Positions 18,293 through 29,789 of a stretch of DNA of 64,000 nucleotides are shown here, in pieces. The position numbers and the translations under genes are program-made. The DNA is taken from assembly GCA_964558645.1 (NCBI GenBank), contig CAZLEV010000008.1, positions 102,831-166,830 on the forward strand, written 5' to 3'. The first letter of the stretch is position 1. The number at the start of each line of letters is the position of its first letter. The DNA is from an uncultured archaeon (GTDB lineage: Archaea; Asgardarchaeota; Thorarchaeia; Thorarchaeales; Thorarchaeaceae). The notes beneath the pieces were generated by a model. It was not told where the DNA came from and searched no databases. It was given only the letters and a program-made list of their open reading frames with translations.

Positions 18293-20167
18293 CTATGAAG
18301 AATGGGGGCTCATCCGTGTCTTTAGAAGGTACACTATCATCCCGGCGGCCACTAGGATGGCTCCTAGGACTGCATAAACCTGCACCATATCCGGACCCTG
18401 AAAATCTGATAATGATACACACTCCAGTGTATATACGTCACTGGTGGTTTCGATGCCTGCATAGTCTCTCGCGATAATCTGGAACGTAACACGTCCGGGC
18501 GTATCATGTTTGAGGGTATAGCGGAATCTATACCGTCCGCATTCAATCATTTCAAGATATCCTAAGGACTCACCGTCGATTGCAAGGTTCAGGTAACATT
18601 CACTCACACCACTGGTGGGATTGGTCCATTCTGCGAAGATTGTGTAAGTTTCACCTATCTTAGTTTCTTGGGGATAGACGATGTCGACTAGTTGAGGTTG
18701 TTGAGCATCATCGGGAAAGACTCTCAAAGTCACATTGTCCCCCGGTGCTAAGTCAACCCGAAATCTCACAAGGTATGCATCTGTTCCGTTGATGGTTTCG
18801 ACGGGAGTGCCTCCCGAAGTCAAATATCGCTGATTCTCTGATGGAATCTGTACCATGATCTCAACCATTTGGCCCTCCAGGGAGTAGTTCAGGTTATTGG
18901 AGATCTGAATGTAACCTCCAGTGTCAATATCACGAAATAGTCTAGGAGTGCGTTTCAGGCTTACCATGTCCCAAGGCTGAGACCAGTCCTTTTGTAGAGT
19001 CCAGTTCCATGAAACGGGTTTGTGATCTTCAAAATCTATGACTCTGAATCCATGCGAGAGATGATCGGGTTCTGCGGCTATCTTTGAGACTGGCGCACCG
19101 ATTGCAGTAGTAAGAATCCACAGTGTCCCGTTCACTCTGTCCACTCGATCATTGTGTAAATGTCCTGTGAGCACCATATCTACGTCATGCTTATCACAAA
19201 TGTCAATCAGTTCAAATGCTTCATCGTCATCCAGGTAGTAGTTGGGCGGATTGTTGAGATTGTAGAGAGGATGATGAATGCAGAGTATCTTGGTTTCAGC
19301 TTCATTTTGAGATAAATCTCGCTCTATCCATTGTATCTGAGTATCGTTCAACCTTTTCCCGTGAGAGTTACACATGACCAAGATTATGTCTGGACCAATA
19401 TTCGCCGTGTAATAGTCTGGCCCAAAGAATGAGGAATAGGTGCTGAAACCCCTTCCATCAGAGTCCACATCATGATTACCCGGCCCGACGAAGACTGGGA
19501 CTTGACTCTGCTTCAAGAAATCGACCGCCCTCTCGAAAGAGTCCGCCGTACCGAAGTCTACTATGTCACCGCTCAAGACCATGAAATCTGCATTGGTCAT
19601 GCTGGCCTGATATAGCGCTGATAGCAGCCTATCGTCTCGACTTGAGGGAGAGGACTTGAGGTGTGGATCCGTGATATGGAAGACACGGAAGTCGTCAGGG
19701 AAACTATTTCTGACTTGTATGGCATTGTATTCCATGGCTTCAGTTGTTTGGATCCCGTCGGTTGTACTCACGACCAAGTCATAGAGTCCCTTGCTTGCCC
19801 CTGAGGGAATAGTTGCATTGATGTTCCAGACGCCTGTCGTGTCATTCCTCTCTGCATTTCCACAAGAAATGGAATACTTCTCATACTCTCGGTGAATGGT
19901 AAGATTCCACTCCATAAGATTTGATGGTCCCTTGATTTGTACAACTAAAGTCGATCCGTTTAGCACGATAGCCGGACAAGCCAGTCTGGGCCACATGATT
20001 CTTGCTGGTATGACAGACAACGTTTCGATGCTCCCGTTCAGAGGCGTTGTCTGTTCGGTCCTTGTCACGGTGCTCGGTGACCCTGACAGCGTTGCCATTG
20101 AAAGGAGAATTACAAGAAATAGGGTCCATAGACCATGCTTCATCTTATGAGGTTCCATCAGGGACAA
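18293..20167 (-). CDS. Membrane-anchored extracellular calcineurin-like metallophosphoesterase
   Basis: ITDPH, SGDIVD, PGNHD, HHP and LTGHLH motifs; N-terminal signal and C-terminal TM. Confidence 0.88.
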   Translation of the reverse strand: MSLMEPHKMKHGLWTLFLVILLSMATLSGSPSTVTRTEQTTPLNGSIETLSVIPARIMWPRLACPAIVLNGSTLVVQIKGPSNLMEWNLTIHREYEKYSISCGNAERNDTTGVWNINATIPSGASKGLYDLVVSTTDGIQTTEAMEYNAIQVRNSFPDDFRVFHITDPHLKSSPSSRDDRLLSALYQASMTNADFMVLSGDIVDFGTADSFERAVDFLKQSQVPVFVGPGNHDVDSDGRGFSTYSSFFGPDYYTANIGPDIILVMCNSHGKRLNDTQIQWIERDLSQNEAETKILCIHHPLYNLNNPPNYYLDDDEAFELIDICDKHDVDMVLTGHLHNDRVDRVNGTLWILTTAIGAPVSKIAAEPDHLSHGFRVIDFEDHKPVSWNWTLQKDWSQPWDMVSLKRTPRLFRDIDTGGYIQISNNLNYSLEGQMVEIMVQIPSENQRYLTSGGTPVETINGTDAYLVRFRVDLAPGDNVTLRVFPDDAQQPQLVDIVYPQETKIGETYTIFAEWTNPTSGVSECYLNLAIDGESLGYLEMIECGRYRFRYTLKHDTPGRVTFQIIARDYAGIETTSDVYTLECVSLSDFQGPDMVQVYAVLGAILVAAGMIVYLLKTRMSPHSS

Positions 20168-20530
20168 CCGAAATTGAGATGAGAAGCTTCCTTATAGCAT
20201 TGTCCAACCATCAGTATGGGATTGCCTTCTTGCCCAAGCAAAGGTCGACTGGAACACAGTGGTGGAACAGCACCAAGCCAATCTACTCGACATCTTCCGA
20301 GCCGAGAATGGACTTGAGCCTCTCCTCCGGAGATCTGCCACTCCCTTCTGTGAGAAACCCTTCTTTGACCCAGAAAGCTTCTCCATTTCTCTTGATAGGC
20401 ATGGATGCTCTCCTCGTCTGAAACACCTAGAGCTTCATCGAGTGGTTCTTTGTCGTTGTAGAGTGTTATCGTCCGACCACGTGTATTCTCAGAAGGAAGA
20501 CCGGCTCGCATGCCAGGACTGATGAAATAC

Positions 20531-20713
20531 CTATACAGTCTGGTCATCTCGCGGATTGAGAACCACAGCGGCAGCTTCGCCGGGGCTCCTAGCCGCATCG
20601 AAGTTCCAATCAAGGAGACCTATGTCAATCGGTCTTAGTGCTCTTCGGAAGTCTTCCCATCGCGCTTCCTCGATTCGCACTGCATCACGAACTGTTCCTG
20701 CTGTTGTTCCCAT
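20531..20713 (-). pseudogene. Probable truncated homolog of the small helical protein usually encoded beside archaeal PolB2
   Basis: MGTTAGTVRDAVRIEEARWEDFRRALRP...FDAAR resembles the MGRT.PT.R...W..FRRALR...D.LF..AR family but stops after 60 aa. No polB2 nearby. Confidence 0.5.
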
Positions 20714-20909
20714 GAGTTCTACACGCTCCACAGATTGTCGGATGAAGACGGGTTTAGCTCTGACTATCAGCAGAACCCATGCTATGCTCATCCAAAAATG
20801 CCAAATAACTGTCAATGTTGTTGTGTTCCAGAAGACCATCCCAAGCGCTTATCATCTATGTTCACATAGAAATCGACTTTAGTCCTCTGCTTTCTTGTCG
20901 TTTTGGTGC

Positions 20910-22163
20910 TTGAGTTTGCACGTGGAACACCTTGACATTGATTTTGAAATTCGCCCTGATGATTCGTATGTTCAGGTCGAAGGAGATGTCACCGTCCGGG
21001 GCCTCGGAGAAAGCTTCTCCTTTCTCTTGAATCCGTGTCTTGAAATTGATTCCATTCAAGTCTATCGTGGTGATTCGTTAGAGAGGATTGAAGCTGTGGA
21101 ACAGAGGCCCCCTCAAGATGTCTTCATTCCCAGTAGCTACTACAGGATTGAACTCCCTGAGGATATGCAGAACAGCGAAGAGCTAACATTCCGTTTCAAG
21201 TATAGAGGGAGAATCTTCAGGTACTCTTTCAATACAAGTCGAATTCAGTCAGACTATGTGGAGCTGGCAATCTACTCCATCTGGTACCCCTTTTGCAGTT
21301 TCAGAGACCGACCTTCATTCGAGGTACGACTCCGAGGGCCAGCGAATTGGACTTGGATCATGAATGCAGACAAGGTCGACGACAATCCTCTGACATGGAG
21401 GTCTGATGACAACCGGACTGACCTCACTCTTCACGGCCGGCCAATTAACAGTGCGATTCACCCAGAGGAGAGCGAGCTCTTCTGGGGATCCCCGACCAAT
21501 CTTGATCTCTATAAGCCGCTCGAAGCCAAGTTCTCTGAGATTCAGGGCCAACTCATTAATTGGCTTGGCGAACCTGAAACGAAAGAGCTACAGATCATTC
21601 TTGTTCCTAGAGACTTCGGAGGAGGATATGCACGACACGGATTGATTGTGATACAGGAGAACACCGTGACGGAGATCGAGAGCGAAGTTTCAATCATGTC
21701 GTATTGGGGTCACGAGTTCGCCCATTCTTGGTTCAAACGGACTACTGTTGAAGATTATCACAACTGGGTGGACGAGGCACTAGCCACGTATGCTTCCCTG
21801 CTAGCCATAGAAGAAGTCTATGGTCCCGAGGCAGCTCAAGAGCGCATCGAAAAGATGCGGAAACGGATTGAGGAACACGAAGAGCTTCCATCAATCAAAT
21901 CCATTGAACGGAGTCATCCCCACGCGCAACTGGTATACTACGTATACGGCACACTGATCATGCATCAGATTCGAGAAGAGATTGGCAAAGACACCATGAT
22001 TGATGTGCTCCACAACTTCGCCCAGAAGTGCCTGGAAAAGAAACAGATCGTCACTAAGGACTTGATTGGCTCACTCAATGAAATGACTGGTCGTCACTGG
22101 GACCAGCACATGGAGGAACGCCTTACTGCTCCACCATCTGCTCTATCGTCAATCTCAGGTTGA
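20910..22163 (+). CDS. M1-like gluzincin aminopeptidase
   Basis: HEFAHSWF with downstream NWVDEALATY, and YVYG motif. Confidence 0.85.
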   Translation: MSLHVEHLDIDFEIRPDDSYVQVEGDVTVRGLGESFSFLLNPCLEIDSIQVYRGDSLERIEAVEQRPPQDVFIPSSYYRIELPEDMQNSEELTFRFKYRGRIFRYSFNTSRIQSDYVELAIYSIWYPFCSFRDRPSFEVRLRGPANWTWIMNADKVDDNPLTWRSDDNRTDLTLHGRPINSAIHPEESELFWGSPTNLDLYKPLEAKFSEIQGQLINWLGEPETKELQIILVPRDFGGGYARHGLIVIQENTVTEIESEVSIMSYWGHEFAHSWFKRTTVEDYHNWVDEALATYASLLAIEEVYGPEAAQERIEKMRKRIEEHEELPSIKSIERSHPHAQLVYYVYGTLIMHQIREEIGKDTMIDVLHNFAQKCLEKKQIVTKDLIGSLNEMTGRHWDQHMEERLTAPPSALSSISG

Positions 22164-22222
22164 ACTCAAGATCAGACCGCAGCTTGATAAGCCACAAAGT
22201 GTATGTCTGTCCAGTGGGAAGC

Positions 22223-23455
22223 ATGACTGTCCGCGTTGTACCATTCTTCTCTGCGATAACACCTGCGCAAGTAAAGGAGCAGATGCTCTCTGCTATTCGT
22301 GCTACGGGCGTTGACGTATTCAATCCTGAATCGGTGTTCGATGAGGGTGCAAAGAAGATTGGCGTAGGCACACACTCCTCGCTTACGTATCTCTTGATAG
22401 GTACAGGTGGAACCGAGCAGCTTGTTGCGGAGTACGTTGAAAAGACACACATCACTCCTCCCATTCATCTCCTTGCTCATGAGGGTAGCAATTCCCTGCC
22501 CGCAGCAATGGAGATCCGTGCATATCTTGAGTCCCAGAACACGAATTCGGTCATAATACACGATGAGTTCGAGCCATTGTGTAAGAGGATGGAAGAGTGG
22601 GTAGAATTCGACAGGATTCTCCAGAAGCTGAGGAGTTCACGAATTGGAGTAATAGGGAGTGTTTCAGAATGGCTGATTGCATCGAACATCGATGTCAGTG
22701 ATGTGAAACGAAACTGGGGCATCACGATTGAGCAGATTCCCTTTGAAACTCTGACGAATCAAATGGAAGCTCAAGATGTGTCTGCTCTTGCTCAGGGGCT
22801 TGCGGATGCTGCAGACCTAGTCGCTGTACCGTACAGCGAAGTTGAGAGAGCGGCACAGGTCGCAGCCAAGATGCAGCAAATCGTGGCAGATAGCGAACTT
22901 GATGCTGTTACGTTGGAATGCTTCAGGCTCGTGGGGACTACTCAGGTGACCGGTTGTTATGCGTTGGCCCTTCTCAATTCGAGAGGTTTGGTTGCAGGGT
23001 GTGAGGGCGACCTTCCGACCACTTTCACCATGTACTTGTCAAGGCTACTGACAGGCAGTTCTTCGTTCATGGCAAATGTGATTTCTGTGGATCAGGATCG
23101 GGGGACTGTGGATCTGGCCCACTGTACAGTACCTCTCGACTTGGTCTTGTCTTATGACATAATGAGCCACTACGAAACTGACAAGAGCGTGGGTATCAGA
23201 GGGAGGATGGAGGAGGGACCTGTGACATTGGTGAAGGTTCATGGTCCGGGTCTAGAGCGATACTGGGTATCTTCTGGGCGCATGATTGGTAATCTGTCGG
23301 ACGATAATGCCTGCAGGACCCAGATTCGTGTGAAACTCGATGGCAGTGTTGACTATTTCTTGAATGCATCTCTGGCTAATCATCATGTGGTTATTCCCGG
23401 AGACCATGAACAGAGATTCAGACGATTCTTTGGGTTCAGCGCCGGGGCAACGTGA
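22223..23455 (+). CDS. L-fucose/L-arabinose isomerase-related protein
   Basis: GTGGTE, NSLPAAMEI, GCEGD, LAHCTVP, CRTQI and NHHV motifs. Confidence 0.8.
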   Translation: MTVRVVPFFSAITPAQVKEQMLSAIRATGVDVFNPESVFDEGAKKIGVGTHSSLTYLLIGTGGTEQLVAEYVEKTHITPPIHLLAHEGSNSLPAAMEIRAYLESQNTNSVIIHDEFEPLCKRMEEWVEFDRILQKLRSSRIGVIGSVSEWLIASNIDVSDVKRNWGITIEQIPFETLTNQMEAQDVSALAQGLADAADLVAVPYSEVERAAQVAAKMQQIVADSELDAVTLECFRLVGTTQVTGCYALALLNSRGLVAGCEGDLPTTFTMYLSRLLTGSSSFMANVISVDQDRGTVDLAHCTVPLDLVLSYDIMSHYETDKSVGIRGRMEEGPVTLVKVHGPGLERYWVSSGRMIGNLSDDNACRTQIRVKLDGSVDYFLNASLANHHVVIPGDHEQRFRRFFGFSAGAT

Positions 23456-23809
23456 TTTGCCACCAGCATGTAAAACGCGCGTAACACTGTCGATTTTTCG
23501 AAAACATGATGAGGCAAACGCGACTGGTCAACGCCTCTAAACCCTCATAGTGGCAGGTTCCTCTGCCCATAACTCTGCGAATAGCCTATTCAGTGTGGTG
23601 GTTCTTCCCTCTGCAGTTTGAAGTTGTTAGAAGTGAGTACTTGTTTGCTCTTGAACATGGAGATATACACTCAGACAGTATATTAGGGAAATCTACCGAG
23701 ATATGTGTACTAGGCCGACCCTGTCGTTCTGGTAGTTGTCCGCCGGGAGGACACTTGCTTGCAACGTGACCACAGCGATTTCACTCTTGAGGTAGCCAGT
23801 TTCAGTCCA

Positions 23810-24184
23810 ATGACGCAATCCAAGACAGTCCTTGAAAGAGACCTCCGGACCAGACTTTGTGCATTCCCAAACGATGCCCAATCATGGTATCTTCTCTCTT
23901 GTGTCCTAGAGTCCAATGCGGAGTACACTGAGGCTGAGAGTGCCCTCAGAAGGGCAATCGAGTTGAACCCGCGTCCGCCTCATTTTCACAGGAAACTCGC
24001 CAGCGTGCTGGAGGCACAAGGAAGCTACAAGGAATCCCTGAATGTCTTGAGAGATGCAGGACTGCTCTCTGAAAGTGATTTGAAGCGGTGTCACGTTCAG
24101 GACCTGGAAGCAACTGCACATGATAATATGCTCTTCACACAGAGTTTCTCGAATAGCCTCGATGAGAAGCTAAGACGCAAGTGA
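23810..24184 (+). CDS. Short TPR protein
   Basis: PNDAQSWYLL...AESALRRAIELNP repeat pattern. Confidence 0.6.
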   Translation: MTQSKTVLERDLRTRLCAFPNDAQSWYLLSCVLESNAEYTEAESALRRAIELNPRPPHFHRKLASVLEAQGSYKESLNVLRDAGLLSESDLKRCHVQDLEATAHDNMLFTQSFSNSLDEKLRRK

Positions 24185-24313
24185 CCTCATGTGTGTCAAG
24201 GTTGCTGACAGGTCCACTTCTTGGGCCATTCGATTTATTCTATGCTAGTGGGCTACTTCTATCATTGTGTCAAGTCTCAGACTGAACTAGTCGTGAGTCG
24301 CGTATGCCTTGTG

Positions 24314-24706
24314 TTATTCGATCTTTTCTCCTTTGAAGTCTAGGGCTGCTGAGTTGATGCAGTACCGTTGTCCTGTTGGTTCGGGGCCGTCTTCGAAGAC
24401 ATGCCCGAGATGACCGCCGCATTTCTTGCATAGAACCTCAGTCCGAACCATTCCATGAGTTCGGTCCGTATGCGTTTCAACGCTCCCTGAGTTCATGATG
24501 TCATAGAAGCTTGGCCATCCGCTACAGGACTCGAATTTCGTTTCAGAAGAGAACAACTCGTTACCGCATGCCGCACAAACGTACGTGCCCTCCTTCTTAT
24601 GTTTCACATATTTCCCGCTGAAGGGTCGTTCGGTCCCTTTCTCTCTCAGGACTCGATACTGCTCGGGGGTCAGAATCTCCTTCCATTCCTTTTCTGTCCT
24701 TTCCAT
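24314..24706 (-). CDS. msrB: Peptide-methionine (R)-S-oxide reductase
   Basis: [31 protein letters not shown] and RYCINS motifs. Confidence 0.97.
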   Translation of the reverse strand: MERTEKEWKEILTPEQYRVLREKGTERPFSGKYVKHKKEGTYVCAACGNELFSSETKFESCSGWPSFYDIMNSGSVETHTDRTHGMVRTEVLCKKCGGHLGHVFEDGPEPTGQRYCINSAALDFKGEKIE

Positions 24707-24805
24707 TTCATCCACCTGATAACAATTGTGAATCAATACTAAAGACCTCTTCGTTATGGGAACTTAAGGTCTATAATCCCCCCTGTCTATGTATTTCTGT
24801 ACCAG

Positions 24806-25456
24806 GTGACCCGATTGATTGAATATGAAGACCGAACTGAAGCAGGAATGTATCTACTCAGCGAACTAGAATCGATGGAATTCGAGTCCAAGCCACTAGT
24901 CATTGCAATTCCAAATGGTGGTCTCCCTGTTGCTGCAGAGATAGCCAAGGGTCTAGGAGCTGATCTTGATGTTATCATTGTCAGGAAGCTTCAGATTCCC
25001 GGAAACCCCGAGGCTGGGTTCGGTGCACTCACTTCTTTTGGTTCTGTGATTCTCAATGATATCCTTGTCAGGCAGATGGCACTTGACGACAGTGACATTC
25101 AGGCGGCAGTTGACAAGACCGAGAGTCAGATTGAACGTAGGCGACAAGCGTTCGGAGGCCTTGTGGGCAAACATAATCCGAAGAACCGTGAGGTAATACT
25201 AGTCGATGATGGGCTGGCTTCTGGTTATACCATGCTTGCCGCCATAGAGTCTGTCAATCGCGAGAATCCGAGGAGAATCATCGTTGCAGTTCCAACATCT
25301 CCCGGAAGTGCGGCAGGCAGAGTGGAAAGGGCTGCAGATGTCCTAGTCTGTCCAAGGGTTGAAACGAGGCACGTGTTTGCTGTTGCAAATGCCTACAGGC
25401 AATGGTATGACGTCCCAGACAAGGAAGCCATGGAGATACTGCAAGAGTTCAGATGA
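24806..25456 (+). CDS. Type I phosphoribosyltransferase-like protein
   Basis: IPNGGLPV, IVRKL, and PRPP motif VILVDDGLASG. Confidence 0.88.
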   Translation: MTRLIEYEDRTEAGMYLLSELESMEFESKPLVIAIPNGGLPVAAEIAKGLGADLDVIIVRKLQIPGNPEAGFGALTSFGSVILNDILVRQMALDDSDIQAAVDKTESQIERRRQAFGGLVGKHNPKNREVILVDDGLASGYTMLAAIESVNRENPRRIIVAVPTSPGSAAGRVERAADVLVCPRVETRHVFAVANAYRQWYDVPDKEAMEILQEFR

Positions 25457-25463
25457 TGCTTGG

Positions 25464-26099
25464 TCATGTATCGAACTGTGACTCCCACATCTTTCTCTCG
25501 ATCTCCTGAGCCTCTCCTGGTAGAATGTGAAGATTCCCCATAGTAGAACCTATGATGTATATTTTGCATGCTCGCTCAATGAGAACCGCATTATGAAACG
25601 CTGTTTCCAGGGATGGACCTATTGCGAGCGCTCCGTGATTTGCCAACAAGACACCACTCCTATCTTCTAACGCCTCCACGACATTTTCCGCCAGCTTCCC
25701 GGTCCCGGGTATTCCGTATTCTGCGACCCTGATGTGACCGCCTAGGCTGGGGATGATTTCGTCGATGACCGGCGGCAGTTGCCTTCTGAGTGCGGCAAGA
25801 GCTGATGCGTAGACGCTGTGTGAGTGAACAACCGCTCTGCATTCAGGGTGGTGTTTGTAGATGATGAGATGTGTTGGGGTCTCCATGCTGGGTTTGTGGA
25901 CGCCCTCTACAGTGTTGCCCTCCAGATCAACCACCACGGCATCAGTGGCTCGCATCTTAGAGTACGGAATTCCGCTTGGCGTGATGATGACATGCTCTCC
26001 CACTCTGGTACTAACATTACCCGAGGAGCCAATGACCATTTCAAGTTCTCGCATCTTCTGGCAAGTCCGCAGAAGCTCGATCTTATGATCGTTATACAT
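25464..26099 (-). CDS. Class II aldolase/adducin family (fuculose-1-phosphate aldolase-like)
   Basis: SSGNVS, ITPSG, PSMETPTH, VHSHS and LLANHG motifs; start set at MYNDHK. Confidence 0.9.
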   Translation of the reverse strand: MYNDHKIELLRTCQKMRELEMVIGSSGNVSTRVGEHVIITPSGIPYSKMRATDAVVVDLEGNTVEGVHKPSMETPTHLIIYKHHPECRAVVHSHSVYASALAALRRQLPPVIDEIIPSLGGHIRVAEYGIPGTGKLAENVVEALEDRSGVLLANHGALAIGPSLETAFHNAVLIERACKIYIIGSTMGNLHILPGEAQEIERKMWESQFDT

Positions 26100-26437
26100 C
26101 TTGTACACTACCGATTCTTCTGGACTGGATGGCCCACCCGTACGCTTTGTAGGTAACGGTTGAGGATGGACATCCATGGAATTGCAGGATTCACCACATC
26201 TCATCTCCTTGGCGCCTCTGGATCCATCCGAGAAACCGACCATAGGTTGCAGCATCTACTATGATTCTTCGGAAGTCTTGTTGGCGGAACTATAATATGT
26301 TCGAAGACATTCCTGAGAGCCTTGTGTTCTGTTCCGATGACTGGGCATCAGGAATGGTTTCTGCTACCCTGCCGCGGTTCAGTGCAAACAGATGTGTCCT
26401 GCAGCAAGTCCTGACAGATGACAAACAGGTGAAATGA

Positions 26438-27502
26438 ATGATAGACGTGATAGAGAAGGTACTGCCTTACATAAGCGGACTATGGACATTGCCTTGGATA
26501 GTGATTGGTTTCTTGATGACTATCGCTCTCTCCAAGTGGCTGGGTCAGGAACAAGTCAATGCGGGGATGAAGAAGGTCGGGTTGCTACTGCTGTTTGTAT
26601 TCATACCGCTTCTACTGTTCAGAATTTTCCTGAACATAGGCTTCGGACCTGAGGAGTTGGTGTTCACCCTGATCACCTTCTTGGTGCTGACCTTCATGTA
26701 TCTCGTATCGTATCTCTTCGGCTATCTGGAGGCTGGACAGTTGCCCCTCGCCGAGTCCGAGCGTCGAACTTTCATGAAGACTGTTCTCACCAACCAAGGA
26801 CGCAGTGCTGCCTTCGTGGGCGGGATGATGCTTGCTATCGAAGAATGGAAGGTGCCGGCAGCTATATACATCAGCATCGTTGGCATCGGACTCTTCGCCA
26901 TAATTCCTTTCGTGCTCTCAGTGATGCACAACCGAGAAAACCAGGGCCAAGAGAAGGTCACAACATTACCTTGGTTTCTCCGGCTATACCCATGGTATCT
27001 GCTCTCTTTCGTCGTGGCTGCAGTGATAATCCATAGGAGCACCGGCATGACTGTGGCCGACCTGGGTGATGGCGGGGTGGTGCTCCACTTCATAACTGCT
27101 CTCACCATACCTGCCGGTCTATACTATGTCGGAGCCGGGATACGTCCGGGAGATCTGAAGGTTGCTGAGATGAAGAAGCTATTCTCCCTGAGCCGTGGGG
27201 CATCCTCCGATAGGGAGTTCCACTGGACGGTAGCCAGAAATGCCTTCTTCTCCACCCTTATCCTGACTCCCGTCGCCATCATCTTGGTCTTCGGATCACT
27301 GATGTATGGGGGGCTCATTCCCAAGGAATGGTTTGCCGTCATAGCCCTGAACTCCATAATGCCCATCACCAGTACCAACATGTTTCTGATACCCTACGGC
27401 ATAGACCGCAAGGGAACAGCCCTAGCCATAACATGGACCACCATCATTGCCGTTCCCGCCCTTATGGTGTTAATACCTTTGTTCATGAGTCTATTCACAT
27501 AG
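26438..27502 (+). CDS. AEC (auxin efflux carrier)-like membrane transporter
   Basis: About 10 hydrophobic helices; FIPLLLF and MPIT motifs. Confidence 0.65.
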   Translation: MIDVIEKVLPYISGLWTLPWIVIGFLMTIALSKWLGQEQVNAGMKKVGLLLLFVFIPLLLFRIFLNIGFGPEELVFTLITFLVLTFMYLVSYLFGYLEAGQLPLAESERRTFMKTVLTNQGRSAAFVGGMMLAIEEWKVPAAIYISIVGIGLFAIIPFVLSVMHNRENQGQEKVTTLPWFLRLYPWYLLSFVVAAVIIHRSTGMTVADLGDGGVVLHFITALTIPAGLYYVGAGIRPGDLKVAEMKKLFSLSRGASSDREFHWTVARNAFFSTLILTPVAIILVFGSLMYGGLIPKEWFAVIALNSIMPITSTNMFLIPYGIDRKGTALAITWTTIIAVPALMVLIPLFMSLFT

Positions 27503-27805
27503 CACTGATGGAATCGTTCATTGTGAGTTCGGCCAGCTTGGATATCAAATCGACCCTTTGGAGATTGTATTTTGGTAACCCCTTCTGATAACCGCGCCTA
27601 TTGAGCCAGCTCGTCTGTTCCGAGAGAATCCTACATATCCTACTTACTTTCGTCGACCTCCCTGTGCTCCCGCTGTACCTTCACAGATACCACCAGTTAT
27701 CGTAAGGTCGATGAATGAGGCTCTCCGAGACCTGTCAGCGCGTGGCACATACCATAAGCTATACTTAGCTTCCCATCGAGCAGACGCTATACGAGGCATG
27801 AGGCC

Positions 27806-29785
27806 ATGGCAGAGTTCAGACTAGAGGCTCCTTTCGAACCGACGGGCGATCAGCCCCAGGCAATTGACAAGTTAGTGGAGGGTCTCAACGCTGGTCTGAG
27901 GAACCAGACTCTGCTCGGCGTGACTGGATCCGGCAAGACCTTCACCATGGCGAACGTCATAGAACACTATCAGCGTCCCACGTTGGTCATAAGCCACAAC
28001 AAGACTCTTGCTGCTCAGCTCGCCAGCGAGTATCGCCAGTTCTTCCCCGACAACGCCGTGGAGTACTTTGTGTCATACTACGATTACTACCAGCCGGAGG
28101 CCTATGTCCCCTCGAAAGACATGTACATCGAGAAGGAAACGGACATCAACGCGGAGATTGAGCGCCTGCGCCAGAGCACTACTCGCTCCCTTAAGTCCCG
28201 CAATGATGTCATCGTAGTAGCCTCCGTGTCGTGCATCTATGGTCTGGGGGACCCGAAAGAGTACGGTGAACTCTCCATGGTGGTCGAGGTGGGTCAGGAG
28301 GTTGAGCGCCGGGAGCTTCTCGAGAAGCTTGTAGCCATGCAGTACGACCGGAACGACATGGAGATCGAGCCAGGGGTCTTTAGAGTCCGAGGCGACGTTA
28401 TAGATGTCTATCCGGGTTACTCACGAGATGCATTGCGAATCGAGCTCGACGGACCGAGGGTCTCACGGATATCACACCTGCAGGGCCTCTCGATGAAACG
28501 CCTTTATGACGAGGATTGGGCGGTGCTATGGCCGGCTCGCCACCACGTCGCTCGCCACGAACGGATACTTGAGGCGCTTGAACCCATCCGACAGGAAATG
28601 GAGGAGAGAGTTGAGTGGTTCCGGAGGCAGGGCAAACTGGTCGAGGCAGACCGCCTAAGACGCAGGACCCTGTATGATATGGAGATGATGCGCGAGACCG
28701 GTTCGTGTCAGGGCATTGAGAACTATTCACGATTCATCGAGGGACGCCAGAAGGGGGAGCCACCTTATACCCTGCTGGACTACTTCCCCGACGAGTTCCT
28801 GATGATTATGGACGAGTCCCACATGACGATTCCGCAGGTTCGAGGAATGTATCACGGAGACCTCTCACGAAAGAAGAATCTGGTGGAGTACGGTTTCAGG
28901 GTGCCCTCGGCGGTGGATAATCGTCCCCTGACGTTTGAGGAGTTCGAGGAGTATATGCGCCATGTCATCTTCACCAGCGCAACGCCCGGCCCCTATGAGC
29001 GACGTGTCAGCGGCCAGATAGTGGAGCAGCTCATCCGCCCCACAGGTCTACTAGATCCTAGAGTTGAGGTTCGTCCAGTAGAGAGCCAGATTGATGACCT
29101 CCTGGGCGAGATTCAGAAGACGGTTGAGCGAAAGGAGCGGGTCTTGGTGACGACGCTCACGAAGAAGACTGCTGAGATGCTTGCGGAGTATCTTGTGGAG
29201 AACGGTGTCAGAGCGAGGTACCTTCATTCAGACATCGGCACAGTGGAACGCATTGAAATCATCCGTGAACTACGACTGGGTAAGTTTGACGTCCTGGTGG
29301 GCATCAACCTGTTGCGTGAGGGACTCGATCTCCCAGAAGTTTCTCTCGTGGCAATCTTGGATGCTGACAAGGAAGGCTTCTTGCGAAGCGAATGGGCTCT
29401 CATTCAGACCATGGGTCGTGCTGCGCGGAATGTAAACGGTCATGTGGTACTCTATGGCGATCATGTCTCAGCTGCGATGCGGACAGCTATTGAAGAAACG
29501 AATCGGCGACGCGACTACCAGCTGAAGTATAACGAGGAACACGGGGTGACGCCCGAGACCATCAAGAAGGCGGTTCAAGACATCGCGCAGGGTTTCCAGA
29601 CGAGGAGGAAAGACGAGCAGACACAGATATCCGATTTCGACAGGTTGGAGATTCAGGAGCTTCGAGACATCATTGTGAGTCTAGAAGAGGACATGAAACA
29701 GGCGGCTCGCGATTTAGAATTCGAACGGGCTGCAGAGGTGAGGGACGAGATAGCTGAACTAAAGGCAAGGGTTGAGGGCAGATAG
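27806..29785 (+). CDS. uvrB: Excinuclease ABC subunit B
   Basis: GDQPQAI, GVTGSGKT, YYDYYQPEAY, DESH, INLLREGLD, C-terminal UVR coil. Confidence 0.98.
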   Translation: MAEFRLEAPFEPTGDQPQAIDKLVEGLNAGLRNQTLLGVTGSGKTFTMANVIEHYQRPTLVISHNKTLAAQLASEYRQFFPDNAVEYFVSYYDYYQPEAYVPSKDMYIEKETDINAEIERLRQSTTRSLKSRNDVIVVASVSCIYGLGDPKEYGELSMVVEVGQEVERRELLEKLVAMQYDRNDMEIEPGVFRVRGDVIDVYPGYSRDALRIELDGPRVSRISHLQGLSMKRLYDEDWAVLWPARHHVARHERILEALEPIRQEMEERVEWFRRQGKLVEADRLRRRTLYDMEMMRETGSCQGIENYSRFIEGRQKGEPPYTLLDYFPDEFLMIMDESHMTIPQVRGMYHGDLSRKKNLVEYGFRVPSAVDNRPLTFEEFEEYMRHVIFTSATPGPYERRVSGQIVEQLIRPTGLLDPRVEVRPVESQIDDLLGEIQKTVERKERVLVTTLTKKTAEMLAEYLVENGVRARYLHSDIGTVERIEIIRELRLGKFDVLVGINLLREGLDLPEVSLVAILDADKEGFLRSEWALIQTMGRAARNVNGHVVLYGDHVSAAMRTAIEETNRRRDYQLKYNEEHGVTPETIKKAVQDIAQGFQTRRKDEQTQISDFDRLEIQELRDIIVSLEEDMKQAARDLEFERAAEVRDEIAELKARVEGR

Positions 29786-29789
29786 ATAG

